Source: Octopus bimaculoides
Lineage: Eukaryota
Assembly (NCBI RefSeq): GCF_001194135.2
Contig: NC_068991.1
Span: 27,956,801 to 27,999,272 of the forward strand
Reading direction: 5' to 3'
Length of the DNA: 42,472 nt
In this document: positions 11,876 to 24,193 of the stretch, piece by piece
Numbering within the stretch: the first letter of the stretch is position 1
How the letters are laid out: each line of letters starts with the position of its first letter
Position numbers and translations under genes: made by a program
Notes under the pieces: model-generated
The model's database searches: none
Seen by the model: only the letters and a program-made list of their open reading frames with translations
What the model was told of the DNA's origin: nothing

Positions 11876-12189
11876 TATATGCACTGTTTTGAGATATTGA
11901 CAGAAAGTAGTCACCTGATGGCTGTGACTCAAGTGCAAAAATGTCATTGTTTGGCTGTAATTGGTTATAACTGAGTAGGAATGTGAATGAGAACCGTCAT
12001 GTAGTTGTCATAGCAACAAGTCTCCTTCTTGCATGAGATTGAACGATGGCAATTTTTAGAGCACGTGAAATGTGATGCCTACGTAAAGTGGTTTGGGGAG
12101 AAATAATTAGTAGGCGGAAAAGAAAACAAACACCATCACCACCACCATCACCATAACAACAACGACAACAACAACAATAACAATAATAA

Positions 12190-12400
12190 TAATTCTTTCT
12201 GCTATAGGCACAAGGCCTGAAAATTTGGAGTGGAGATTAGTCGATTGCATCGAACCCAGTATATAACTGGTACTTATTTTATCGCCATCGAAAGGACGAA
12301 AGCCAAAGTCGACCTCAGCGTAAATTGAACTCGGAATGTAAAGACGTACGAAATGCCACTAAACATTTTGCCCGGCGTGCTAACGCTTCAGCCAGCTCGC
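12190..12400 (-). mobile_element. SINE family A (tRNA-derived), full length
   Basis: Reverse complement shows gctggctgaagcgttagcacgcc A-box region and gagttcaattt B-box; CAC/CAA/TAA tail at 12130-12190. Confidence 0.85.
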
Positions 12401-12416
12401 GTATTTATTATTATTA

Positions 12417-13410
12417 CTGAAGACGTCACACAGAATTCAATATTGTGATGTTGTTGATTGAAGATATTGTGTCTACAGGTGGTTTATACTGTTTGTCAAG
12501 TCACAACAAGGACCTCAGACAGACAGTACTTTACGTAATATGCGTGCAGTTCCAAGTAAAGCCAAATTTTGTAATAATACACTTCGATTGTAGGATATTT
12601 CTAAAGTTTCCAGATGTTTCTTCAGATTGGGTGGTATTGAACCCAATACTCTGATGACAATAGGAACAACCTATATGTTTGACTGTCGTAGCTTCCACAT
12701 CTCAGCGATCTCAATTCTCAGGTCTCCTTATTTATCAATCTTTTCCTCTTTCTTTCATGATGATATGTTGATCTCCTGGCATTGCCACGTCAATTATTAG
12801 GCACTCATGTTTGTCCCTCCTAAAGATTATTATATCCGATCTTCTGTGCTCTAACACCTCGTCTGTCTGGAAGTCACGGAATATCTTTGCCTTCTCCTTT
12901 TCGTCCATTACCATTTCCGGGGTATGTTGGTACCAAGCACCCGCTACCTGTATCCATTCTTCCGGCAGTGAAGTTTTTGGGTTATCTTGTCGTGTCTGCG
13001 CTTCTACTCTTCCTGTATAAGACTTTTCCAAACACGTACAATGTGAATCACGCTTTCTACCCTCTCCCCACTCATTCTACAGAGATTCGTTGCACTCGTG
13101 TGGAATATATCCTTTTTCATTGTGTTGGTATTCAATGACTGATCCTGGGAAGCGATGATTAACCTTTCAGTCTTCCTTGCTGAGCCACCTCCATGATACT
13201 TCCTGGTCTTTTAAGTTATTAGTTTTATGGTGAAACTGACCATGCAATTCCATGCAGAGTAGAGTTTCTTCTCTCTCGTTGGCTATTCGTGATCGGAATT
13301 CATTAACACTCTCAAGTCCGTTGCTGGTAAATCCTTCTGTATTAGCAGCATACTGTAGCAGGTCTTGTTTGCTGTTTAATAAATACTTTGCCATGTTTTT
13401 CCTTCACCGT
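12417..13410 (-). mobile_element. Second R4/Dong-clade fragment (different subfamily)
   Basis: ORFs 13167-13394 (LHGQF..SWRWL) and 12735-13031 (HRRSDIII..LIIDVAMPGD..KE); 3' end abuts a short (TAA)4 at 12405-12416. Confidence 0.8.
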
Positions 13411-14627
13411 CACTCTCCTTTTCAAATGAAACTTGAAAAATTTGATGAGACCTCTACGAAAGAGGAATGTATCTGTCCTCATTCCTTTCAGTCTCGTCCG
13501 CTAGACAACCTCTTTCGCCAGCTACCAGGCAAAGGAAAACTGCCTTGTCTGCCCGATTGAAGGAGGGCGGCGGGGCAGTCGTCTCTGTGGACTCGATCGG
13601 CAGACAGATCTATCCCATATACGATAGCAGCTGTTCGACATAACCCCACAAGTCAGCAATGCCCAGACGCTGACCGAGTGCATGCAGAACTGTTCCGTCG
13701 CTCTGCGCGCACCTTGGACAAGCTGTGCTTGTAGAATTTGTCTCGAACCGGTAGCACTGCTAAGCCAAAGACATCTGGAAATTATCCATGATAGTCCCCG
13801 ACCGAAAAGTGCTCCGGAACACAGTTCGTTTTCGTTGACGCCCAGAGTCTCTCCGAGGACGTCGTCGCACTTCTCCGCGACTAGTCCTTTACATATAGCT
13901 TAAGTGGAACTTCTACCGATCTTATTGCCAGACTGGTAGAGGAAAGTGAGCGCGTGACGACATAATAGGTGTCAGGTACCCAGTATCAGTTTATCCTTCA
14001 CTCAGGGCTGCAGCTCCGTCAAAGTGACGAGTTGCAGAAATACGTGCCTCACAAACGGAGCCCACACACGTTCACTGTCTACAAATCGTTGCAGATGGGG
14101 CAACCTGAGCGCGTGTCTGCGCATCAAAAGCTACGGCATGCCAAGGCCGCCACACAAAGAGAGCTGGCAGCAAATTGACCGCCTGACCATTAGAAAACAT
14201 CCCTTCCATAAGAAAGTAAACGAGAGACGCTCCACCTTGATCAAGCAATAACTGGAGCAAGGCACGACGGTCAGACGATAAATGATGACGAAGGTGATGT
14301 AGGCATTCGCCATCTCTGCCCGACCTTTCAAGGACAGCTTCCTCTCTGCCCATTTCTGAGTAAGACAGGTCACCCTGTTCGTAACCTCGTCCTCGTTCTT
14401 ATTTACCTGGAGGTCGGGAGCAAACCAGACCCTGGATAGTTTAACTGATCCGTCAATCCAGAGTCCTACGGCATCAACTTGCTTTTCCAGTCGCAAGCCA
14501 CTGACTTTGTCAGCGTTGGGTTTGGCCCCTGCAACCCATTCATATTCTTCTAGAATGAAGTCAACTACCTCCACTTCAAAGTTGTCTGACACCATGACGG
14601 TGACGACGTCCGTGTATGCAGACATCC
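13410..14627 (-). mobile_element. L1/Tx1-clade LINE, RT core to C-terminus, degenerate
   Basis: ORF 14131-14625: SAYTDVV (YADD box), GAKPNADK, RKLSLKGRA, ERLSFTFLWKG, GGLGMP; downstream AKEVV*RTRLKG and FFKFHLKRR. Confidence 0.85.
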
Positions 14628-15554
14628 CAGTTCGAAAGGAATGCTAATCAATTGTTCCAAGTTCCGCAGCAGAACCATGTAGCACTTGTTCCGCAGCAGA
14701 ACCATGTTCCTTGTAATGTTTTTGTTATTAACTACTTCCTCTATCAATTCAATGTTGCCCTTCTGAACAACATTGAAGTTCATAAAGGAAGCAAGTACCC
14801 GGGAGTGTGACTGCTAGTCATTTTGTTTTTCGGGTGTTTCTTTTAGTTTTCGTGTTTTTGTGATTGTGAATGTGTTTGTAAAAATGGGTTGTCTTGTGAT
14901 GAAGATGTTGATGTTGGTGTTGATTTGTTTTAAAATTAGTATTTTAACGAATTTTCATTTTTTTGCCGTCATGTCTTAGGGCCTTCAATTTGAGCCGGTC
15001 TCTGTTTGATTCATATTCAATCTTTCTCTTATCTCCGATAATGGACTTTTGGTGCAATGGCAATGAGGATTTTGCTTTTGCGAGATCTGAGTCGGAGGAA
15101 TGAGGCAGATGCGAGGTAATAGTTTTTTTCCCCTACCTTGAGGAGTTGGTAGTAAAGGTGGAGAGCTTCGTACTTTCTCCACCGCAGGGCAAAAGGCTTT
15201 GAGGTGGTTCGAATTCCGCCACACAAGTTACTGTCGTCATAGCAACAAGAGGAAATTATATTTCTCTTTGGCGAGAAATTCATTTAACCTTCAGCTGCGT
15301 TTCTGTTCGGAGTTTCAATAGAACGCTGCTCTTGATCGAGAAGTTTCTAAAGGCGAATACAGAGGCATTGTTACATGGTCACTCATATTGCTACAAATAA
15401 CAGTAAAACCTTGCTTAAATCATATTCTATCAACTTAAAAGGAAATACAGATAAACTGGGTAATGTAACTGGGTCAAAACAGACGGGATGATCACGGGTG
15501 GAATGCATTTGAGTTTAGATTCGTTCTATCAAGATTGATCTAGGGCTAAACTGC

Positions 15555-15655
15555 CGCTACTGCTGCTGCTACACCTTTACTCCCTCCTTCTCCCTCCTTC
15601 TCCTCCTCCTCGTCGTCGTCTTCTTCCTCCTCATACCACCACCACCACCACCACC

Positions 15656-15733
<78 letters not shown>
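15555..15733. repeat. CTG/CTC/CAC/(CTA)n trinucleotide tract
   Basis: Directly visible. Confidence 0.95.
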
Positions 15734-15734
<1 letters not shown>

Positions 15735-16040
15735 GTATTGCTCTATAAAGAAAGACGCAATAGTTTATGTGGAGATCTTTTACGATAGCGATGCTGTAAT
15801 GATATAATAAAATAGTTAAAGTTCTGATAGATTACTCAGAAAATTTTATTGTCTGTGTGTCATGCTGTATTAGGTTTCCACTACAAACAAATTACAACAC
15901 GATGTCATGACTGAGATCTTTATCGTCGCCAGGAACAGAGGACTTCGAACAATTCTGCAAAGATAACATTCTCAGTTGTCGGTACTTAATGGCGCTGCAG
16001 GTGACAGGCGAAAATTAATTAATGATTTATCTTCGATCTT

Positions 16041-16398
16041 TTACTTGCTTCAGTCATTAGACTACAGTCATGTTGGGGCACTGCCTTGATGAACTTAAGT
16101 CGATCGAATCGACACCAGTACTTATTATTTTTTAAAGCCTGGTTGTTATTCTATATTTTGTTTTGTCGAATTGCCAAGTCATTGGGGCGTAAACACACCA
16201 TCATTGGTTGTCAAGTAGTGGCGGGGAATAAACACAGACACAAAGACAGAAAGACACACACACATACATGCATACATACATACATACATACATACATACA
16301 TACATAAATATGTACGTACGTACATACATACATGTATACATACATATACACACATACATACATAAATACACACTCATACATGCATACATACATCATAT

Positions 16399-16462
<64 letters not shown>

Positions 16463-16530
16463 ACACACACACACACACACACACACAACAGGCTTCTTTC
16501 AATTTCTGTCTACCAAATTCACTCACAAGT
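16041..16530 (-). mobile_element. SINE family B, head truncated, expanded internal microsatellite
   Basis: Homology to 11479-11875 on both sides of a ~230-bp TACA/TA/CA tract. Confidence 0.8.
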
Positions 16531-17190
16531 CTGGAACCACGTAGTAAGAAAACAAAGTTCTTATCACACAGCCCCACCAATGTTGAAATTCCCAGTGCAC
16601 TTTCAGTAAAAGTATATTGAACGATATTGTCATTAAAGGATTATAAGGATTAACATGAACTATTCAGATCAGTAACAAATATCCTTGGAATGACGGGATA
16701 ATCACGGTTGAAAATTTTTTGGGTTAAATGTAAATACGATCAAGAGATGATCTAAGGATAAACAGTAATTTATTACTTACATTTTACACTTTTATTTCTT
16801 AATTCAATGTCTTCTTTATGATAGCAACAGAAAACACATTTTTTCGTTCCTGTTGTTGTTGGCGAGCGCATATGTGTGTGTACAAACAATTGTATCAGCA
16901 ACTAAATTCTAACTTCACAACTAGACATGTGACACGATGCTCATAAAGATAACAATGAGAATGATGCTGGAAATGAGAATGAGAAAAACAATGATAAAGA
17001 TGATGATGTTAACGATCGTATTAGAATCTAATTATCTCTTTTTTTTTTTTTTTTCAGGGTTATTTGCCAAGTCCCTTCAAGTAAGTGAAACTACATTTTA
17101 TTTATTTATTTATTTATTTTAGAAATTTAATAAATTTTGAAAGCTGCTAATGTTACAGTGACGATATAAAAATTATCTTTAAAATCATCT

Positions 17191-17395
17191 TGGTTTCAAA
17201 TTTTGGTACAAGGCCAGCAATTTCGGGGGAAGGAGGTTAGTTGATTACATTGACCCCAGTGTTCAGCTGGTACTTATTTTATCAACTGCGAAAGGATGAA
17301 AGTCAAAGTCGACCTCGGAGGAATTTGAACTCAGAATGTAAAGACGGACTCTAGGCATTTTGTCCGGCGTGCTGACGATCTGCCAGCTCGCCGCC
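17191..17395 (-). mobile_element. SINE family A, full length
   Basis: Aligns end to end with 12190-12400 and 22411-22624. Confidence 0.85.
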
Positions 17396-17927
17396 TTTAA
17401 CTTTAAAATCATATTGATTCAATTTAAGACAAACTTTGACATTTCAACATTAATTGTTGATGTAAAAACTTAAAGAGAATGAATCTTTACAAGGTTTTTA
17501 TATTCCGTTTTATTAACAGGCAGTGAATTAACGCAATCGTTAGAGCGTTGAATAAAATGTCTCACTTCCTCGTTCCAAATCTCCGACTCCAAATCCCGCT
17601 GAGGTGAACTTTGTTCCCCACCCTTCATGCATGGGCGGTAGATAACCGGAGTTGTAAAAGAAAAAAATCGGACCAGGCTGCTTGCAGTTTTCGTCTTGGC
17701 CCTTTGTGTGCTGAGTTCAAATCTCGCTATGGCTTACACTGGTAGTAAACTTCATCCATTGCCTGGTTAAACACCACCACCTTGGTGGTTTGGTTCTTTA
17801 GCGGACCCCACTCCTTTTGCAACGATTCGAGCCATGTCTTAATTAAATAATCAGTATAATAATCTTTTGTCGAAATGTCTTGTAATTATGAAGTAGCTCT
17901 GTTATCATATTTCCATGCAGTGTGAGG

Positions 17928-18160
17928 CCACGAGCTGGCAACATCGTTAGCACGTCGGACAAAATGCTTAGCGGCATTTCGTCCGGCTATATGTTCTGAG
18001 TTCAAATTCCGCTGAGATCGACTTTGTCTTTCATCCTTTCGAGGTTGATAAATAAAATAAGTGCCAGTTGAGCACTAGGGTCGATGTAACCGACTACCTC
18101 CCTTTTCTCCCCCCCCCCCCCCACCAACCTCCCCCCTCACCAGTCCTTTTGCTTACAGTG
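17928..18160 (+). mobile_element. SINE family A
   Basis: gagctggcaacatcgttagcacg..ttctgagttcaaattccgc..gtcgatgtaaccgact; poly-C expansion near the 3' end. Confidence 0.85.
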
Positions 18161-18754
18161 GAAATATAGAGTAAAAATAATAGAGGAAACAAAGATTACT
18201 AATAAGTATTTTGTTTGTTTGCTTGTTTTTGAAAATCAAAATTGCTTTATATGAGTTTTTCATGAAATCTGTGGGGCGATACATGTCATCTTTAGGCCAC
18301 ATGCCATTCTTCAAATAGATAAACTATTTGGAGCTAACGTAAGTGGTGAAAACTTTCGACGTAGGTACTATTCAGGTATCAACCTATTCACCTCAGCAAT
18401 CCTCAGTAATCCTTTAGTATTCCGGAGACTCTCCATAAGTTCACTCAACCTGCTAGAAATAACGGCTAAAAATCGATCAAATTATATCCTACAATTCTTG
18501 GTGGTACTCACATTACCATGTCTAAGGAAAAACAAGATTTGTTTGAAGACGGTTTACTTGAAATTAAAGCAATTACAAACAATAGGTTAGGGGCTGGCAA
18601 AGAAAGGTCACGCTGTGTTGACTTTGTCTTGTTACACCACACGAAGTGCCACGGATGACCCGACAATACATTGAGGGCTATAAAAAGAGGCTCTTACGGA
18701 AAATATATTCTAAAATTATCAGGGATTCTTTTTATCTTTTATTGTTTAATTTTT

Positions 18755-20243
18755 TACTCGGTCCATGTTGGAGCACCGCCTTGAAGAATTTTAGTCGAAC
18801 TTATTGATCCCAGTACTTATATTTCATAAAGCCTGATACTTATTCTATAGGTATCTTTTGCCGAACCACTAAGTTACGGGAACATAAGCATACCAACACC
18901 GGTTGTCAAGCGGTGGTGGGAAACAAATACAAGCACATATAGACAGACAGACACACACACGCACATATATATTGGGTATCCCATAAATAAGGCGGTTTTT
19001 TATACTTGTTTTATTTTTCAAAATTAAGATAAACGAAGTTCTTTTTTAATCTAAAATATACTCTCCTTCATTTTCTACAATGCTCTTCCATCTATCTGGT
19101 AGACTTGCAAGGCCTCTCTTCCAAAATTCATTTGTCCGTGATGAAAAATGCTTCTCCAGTACTGTTTTGACCTTGTCTACAGAATTCATATTTTTTCCGT
19201 CCAAATGATTTTGAAGACTGCAGAATAAATGATAATCAGATGAGGTAATGTCCGGTGAATATGGTGGGTGGCGCATCGTTTCCCATTCAAACTGCTCCAG
19301 CCTTTGGAATGTCATCCTCACTGTATGCGGCGGAGCATTATCCTGATGGAAGAACACCTTTAGTCTTGAAAGCAAAGATGGACGTTTTTTTTCTAGCGCT
19401 GACTTAAGCCGCTCAAGCTGCTCGCAGTATATCTCCTTTGTTATCGTTTGGTTTGGGTTTAAAAATTCAAATTGGACTAAACTTTTCATATCCCACCAAA
19501 CAGATAACAGCACCTTACGTGGGTGAAGACCTTCTTTAACCTGGATTGCCGGTGTTTCTCCTTTCCCTACCTACTGTCTTCAGTGTTTGACATTTTTATA
19601 GAGAATCCTTTTCTCATCACCGGTCACTATTCGGTCCAAAACAGGTTCATTCGTGAGATGTGACAGCAAAGAAGAGCACACATTTACTCTTTGCGCGTGA
19701 TTAGACTCGGAAAGTTTGTGAGGAACCTATTTACCCAATTTGATAACTTTTTCGATGGCACGCAGGTGTCGATGAATGATTGAATGACCAAATCCAAGCT
19801 TCTCTGCTAGTTCCTCAATAGTTACGATGGGATTTTGCTCCACCAGCTTTTGCACGACGTCCTCGTTGAGCTCTATAGATATTCCAGGACGAGGACCGTC
19901 TTCTAGGCTCGGAATTTCTGGAACTACTGTTGACACTGGCTTACACTTATGGTCCAATCCCCATATACTGCATAAATATTCCTCGCACTTTCCGTTGCGT
20001 TGTTGCCTTTATTGAACTCATAAAGCAAAATATGCCGAATATGCTCCTTTGCCACTTCCACTATAGCTTTGAAAAAATAACTGTTAAAATAGAACTACAC
20101 TCTTCAAAACTTGCATTAAGAATAAGTAGAAGGTAAAATTGCTATCTGCTTATATAGCAAACTGACGCAGGTAGTTTATCCATTCCCCCTCCGCCTTTTA
20201 GTTCATGCAATTGAAAACGCCGCATTATTTATGAGATGACCCA

Positions 20244-20287
<44 letters not shown>

Positions 20288-20447
20288 GACAGGCTTCTTT
20301 CCGTTTCCGTCTACCAAATCCACTCACAAGGCTTTTGTCGGCCCGAGAAAATAGCAGAAGACACCTGCCCAAGGTGCCTCACAGTGGGATTAAACCCGAA
20401 ACCTTGTGGTTAGGAAACAAACTTCTGACTACACGGTCACGTCTGCA
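18755..20447 (-). mobile_element. SINE family B split by mariner insertion (18755-18971 and 20246-20447)
   Basis: The two halves are colinear with 11479-11875. Confidence 0.8.
18972..20245 (-). mobile_element. Full-length mariner (D,D34D) transposon, 1274 bp, inactive
   Basis: Imperfect ~30-bp TIRs (ttgggtatcccataaataaggcgg / ccgcattattttatgagatgacccaa); TA on the left flank; HTH ORF 19727-19957; IVTGDEK; DNAPPH...SPDITSSDYHLF with 34-residue spacing; WVPHEL decayed to *VPHKL. Confidence 0.95.
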
Positions 20448-20895
20448 GCTTGACAAACATGATATTGATGTTTGGCACCATTTTGGTAAGTCATGGCTAT
20501 CTGAGAAGTGCATAAAATTCGTCCTGGTCAGTGTCGCTCGGCCACTGTTCAGTTAACACAGCCTCTCAACTGTAAATGATTTATTTCTGTTAATATTTAT
20601 TATTAGAACATACTGTTTTTTTTCTGTAGGCAGTGGGATACTGTATAAATGACTTGTTTTCTTCAGCTCATATTTATCTATGCATAAAGCAACGTCCATA
20701 ATATCAGTGAGGAGTTTCACGAAGAAAAAGGACGTTAAAGAGTACGCCAACGGAAAATTTGTCAAAATTCCATCCTCATGGAGTAAACGAATTGCACCGT
20801 GGTTCAGTTTCAGCATAGGAAGCACAGCGTATTGGACTTTAATGTTTTCACCGTAATGTAGAGATTGTGTGATATGAGGGTAGAAAGGAAAGATG

Positions 20896-21012
<117 letters not shown>

Positions 21013-22165
21013 TAGGACAGACAGACAGACAAACACACAGAAATAGAGAGGGAGGTATAATGAAGACAATAACAGAAACGATAGAAAACGTCTATTGTGG
21101 AGGACTATGTGAGACGGTATCAGTATAAACTTGCAATAAAAATTATGACTTTTCTAAAACATTATTCCAACAACGCCACAAATATGATGTTTCCGTTTCA
21201 ATTTATCTCGGAAGATCTAAGTTCTAATGAAGTCAAGCCTATAAATGAAATTAGTATTAGTATAGTACTATCGTGTCATCGGATATTTGTAGTTTTGTAT
21301 TTGCATGTGAAAATTCCTACTATATGCATTGTGCGTCTTTCTTAATTGTCTTCCTGAAGCTTGTTTTAATACAAAACCGACATTTGGTTTATAAAAAAAG
21401 CAAAACAGATACAGTAGCATCATGTGTTAGCATTATGTTAAAATAACTTACTATTACCATAAACCTATTAGCATTATCTCAACATGAATTTTTCAAGAAA
21501 TAAACATATATCACATCTATTTTATATAATTCCGTATTTTTTCTTCTTTTTTTTTTTTTTTTGCTTATTTTAAACAAGTTATTGTGACACTTTAGTTTTA
21601 AAATGTTACTGTTTTCTAATTAAAGGACTGCCCTAAAATATACGGTGGAATAAAGGGTCATAGTGCTTGCGTTGAAAAATCTTCAGAAGTGCTCAACTCT
21701 GGTAAGATACACTTTTTGCTCCTTTCATTCAGTTTCATTTTGAGGTTGGCAGGTACAACAGCAGCAACAACAACATAGTGAATTACTATCAGTTCCAATC
21801 GTTACAATTTGCCGGTAAAATATTTTGTAATGTTTGTGCTCGGATTCGTATTGTGAAATTTGTTGGCGACTAACATAGATATATCTATTAATAAAATGTT
21901 AGTCTTTCACAGGAATCTTTCCTAAACGGATTATTACCTCTATGGCAACAACATCAAATGAACCATGTAGACTTAAGTGTTTTGTCTAGTGTTACAACAA
22001 AACCGAATATGCGGTCATGATTTGCAACGTCATACATACATAGAGAGTCCTTTGTCAATTATAAGAAAACTCATTTGTTACCTGTCTGTCTGTTACGTGG
22101 CTTTAATAGTAGAAAACAATTAGTTAGGAAATGACTATAAACAATTACTCCTTCACATAATCCAG

Positions 22166-22230
22166 TTCATTGTTTTGGTGCTATTTGTTTTCTATGTTTC
22201 ACTGAAATGTGATTTTAGAGAACTGTCGTT
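22166..22230 (+). CDS. Candidate signal-peptide exon of the CAP gene (FIVLVLFVFYVSLKCDFRELS)
   Basis: Pyrimidine-rich ..ccag acceptor at 22164-65, strong GTAAGT donor at 22231, only one open frame and it is strongly hydrophobic; the phase-2 end does not match the phase-1 start of exon 24374, so the link is unresolved. Confidence 0.5.
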
Positions 22231-22410
22231 GTAAGTCCGTAGATAGCAAATGAAATTCTCTCCATACTTAGTTTATTTTTCATCAGGATGTTATGGCTGC
22301 ACTGCATTATCAGTTAACATATATTGACAACGCTTGAACGTTACTCTGATAGTATTTAAATAACTACAAAAAAGCCTTGGTAAATAATAATAATAGGCTT
22401 ACACAACATA

Positions 22411-22624
22411 TTGGTTTCGAATTTTGACACAAGGCCAGCAGTATCAGGGGGAGGGGATAAGTCAATTACATCGACCTCAGTGCTCAACTGGTACTTATTT
22501 TATCCACCAGGAAAGAATGAAACGCAAAGTCGACCCTGGCGGCATTTGAACCTAGACCGTAAAGACGGACGAAATGCCGTTAAGCATTTTGCCCGACGTG
22601 TTAACGATTCTGCCAGCTCGCCGC
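22411..22624 (-). mobile_element. SINE family A, full length
   Basis: End-to-end homology with other copies. Confidence 0.85.
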
Positions 22625-22984
22625 TTTAGGCATATACAAAATATTAATTGAATGAGGTGTTACAATTATTAAGTTCGATATGAAGTTACTTTCGAGCTTC
22701 GTACATTTAGTGCCAGATCATAAACGAGAATATCACACTCCTCGGATATTGTTCAAAGCACATGTATAGAAGTTGAATTGCCTTTCATTTATACACAAGA
22801 GTGGAATTAGACTCATGCAACACAAAGTAACGAAATATTCATTCAGAATACACTGTTCTTCTATATATAATTATATAATGCACTTGGTAAAACCAAATGT
22901 CTTTACTAGGGAATTAGGGTACGTGTGCGCAGTATTGTCTCCTCCTTCAATCAAAATGCCGTTATCCTATCGACTCGGTTTTCG

Positions 22985-23880
22985 GTTATTTACTACCATC
23001 GTGGTGGACTATTGTATGCGCTTGCGTTGGAGAAACACCCAGGACTCTGGCTTTACTGTAGTGCCGGTTCAGAGCAGGAGGGTCAAGGCTAAAAAGATAT
23101 CAGATGCCGAATTTGCTGGCATAGTTCTGGTGGCAAACATAGTGAGGGAAGTAGAGGAGTTGATGCAAGAGATTGAGACTGTGTCGATGAGTGTGGGGCT
23201 GAAAATGAATGAAATTAAGACGAAGTATCTGGTAGAGAATATTAAGAAGCCAGACAAGATTATGAAAGTAGGCGGAAAGCCACTAGAGTTGGTTGAAGAC
23301 TTCCTGTATCTGGGAGCAAAGATTGGGAACACAGAGGGTGATATAGTTGAGAAGTGTAAAGCTTTGGCGGCATGCCACAGTTTGAGATCTGTATGGAAGC
23401 CATACCTTCGTAAAGGGCTGAAGATGCGTCTCTTCGTTGCTACAGTGGAGTCTGTGCTGCTGTACGGGTCTGAGACTTGGACACTGACCAAGAAACTTGC
23501 TCAAATGGTGGATGGGTGCTACACGAGAATGCTGAGGATGGTTCTGAACATTAATCAGTATACACTAATGGTGAAGAACTCAGAGCTGTACGAGAGCCTC
23601 CCACTAGTTAGCTCGAAAATAACACAGAGAACACTGAGGTTAGCTGGACATGCTCACCGTCATTCTGAGTTGATACTGCACTCAGTGCTCCTGTGGGAGC
23701 CCTTACACGGACACATTTAAAGAGGGAGACCGAGGATGAAATATGTTGATGCTCTAAGGACAGACACTGGTCTCTGGGAGACACATGGCAGAGATGATGA
23801 AGGAGAGAAACCGCTGTAGAGAACTCGTCCATGGATCTTGGTAATTTTACCCACCCTGGACAGATAGACATATACTTATA
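22985..23880 (+). mobile_element. 5'-truncated RTE-clade LINE (RT C-terminal half)
   Basis: ORF 22773-23720: LFTTIVVDYCMR, GLKMNEIKTKYL, EDFLYLGA, VESVLLYGSETWTLTK, LRLAGHAHRH; catalytic box decayed (AEFAG-IVL). Confidence 0.9.
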
Positions 23881-23985
23881 TAGTATATATGTATGTATGT
23901 TTATATATACACCCATACATTCTCACAAATGCACGCTGACACACACGAAAAATGCATTGACGTTGTCTTTCATATAGTTAACATA

Positions 23986-24193
23986 GTGAGCTAGCAGAAC
24001 CATTAGTACAGCGGACAGAATACTTAGCGGTCTTTCGTCCGTCCTTACGTTCAGAGTTCAAGTTCCACCGAGGTTGACTTTGCCTTTCATCGTTCACAGG
24101 TCGATGAAATAAGTACCGGTCAAGTATTGGGGTCGAGCTAATCGACTTCCCCTCCCCTCAAAAATTGCTGGGCTTGAGGCAAAATTTAAAACC
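23986..24193 (+). mobile_element. SINE family A, full length
   Basis: Homology to other copies. Confidence 0.85.

Noticed and set aside
18679-18687. TATAAAAAG as promoter of the CAP gene
   Set aside because: It is over 3 kb from the first candidate exon, with a SINE and mariner in between and no supporting evidence; such motifs are common in AT-rich DNA.
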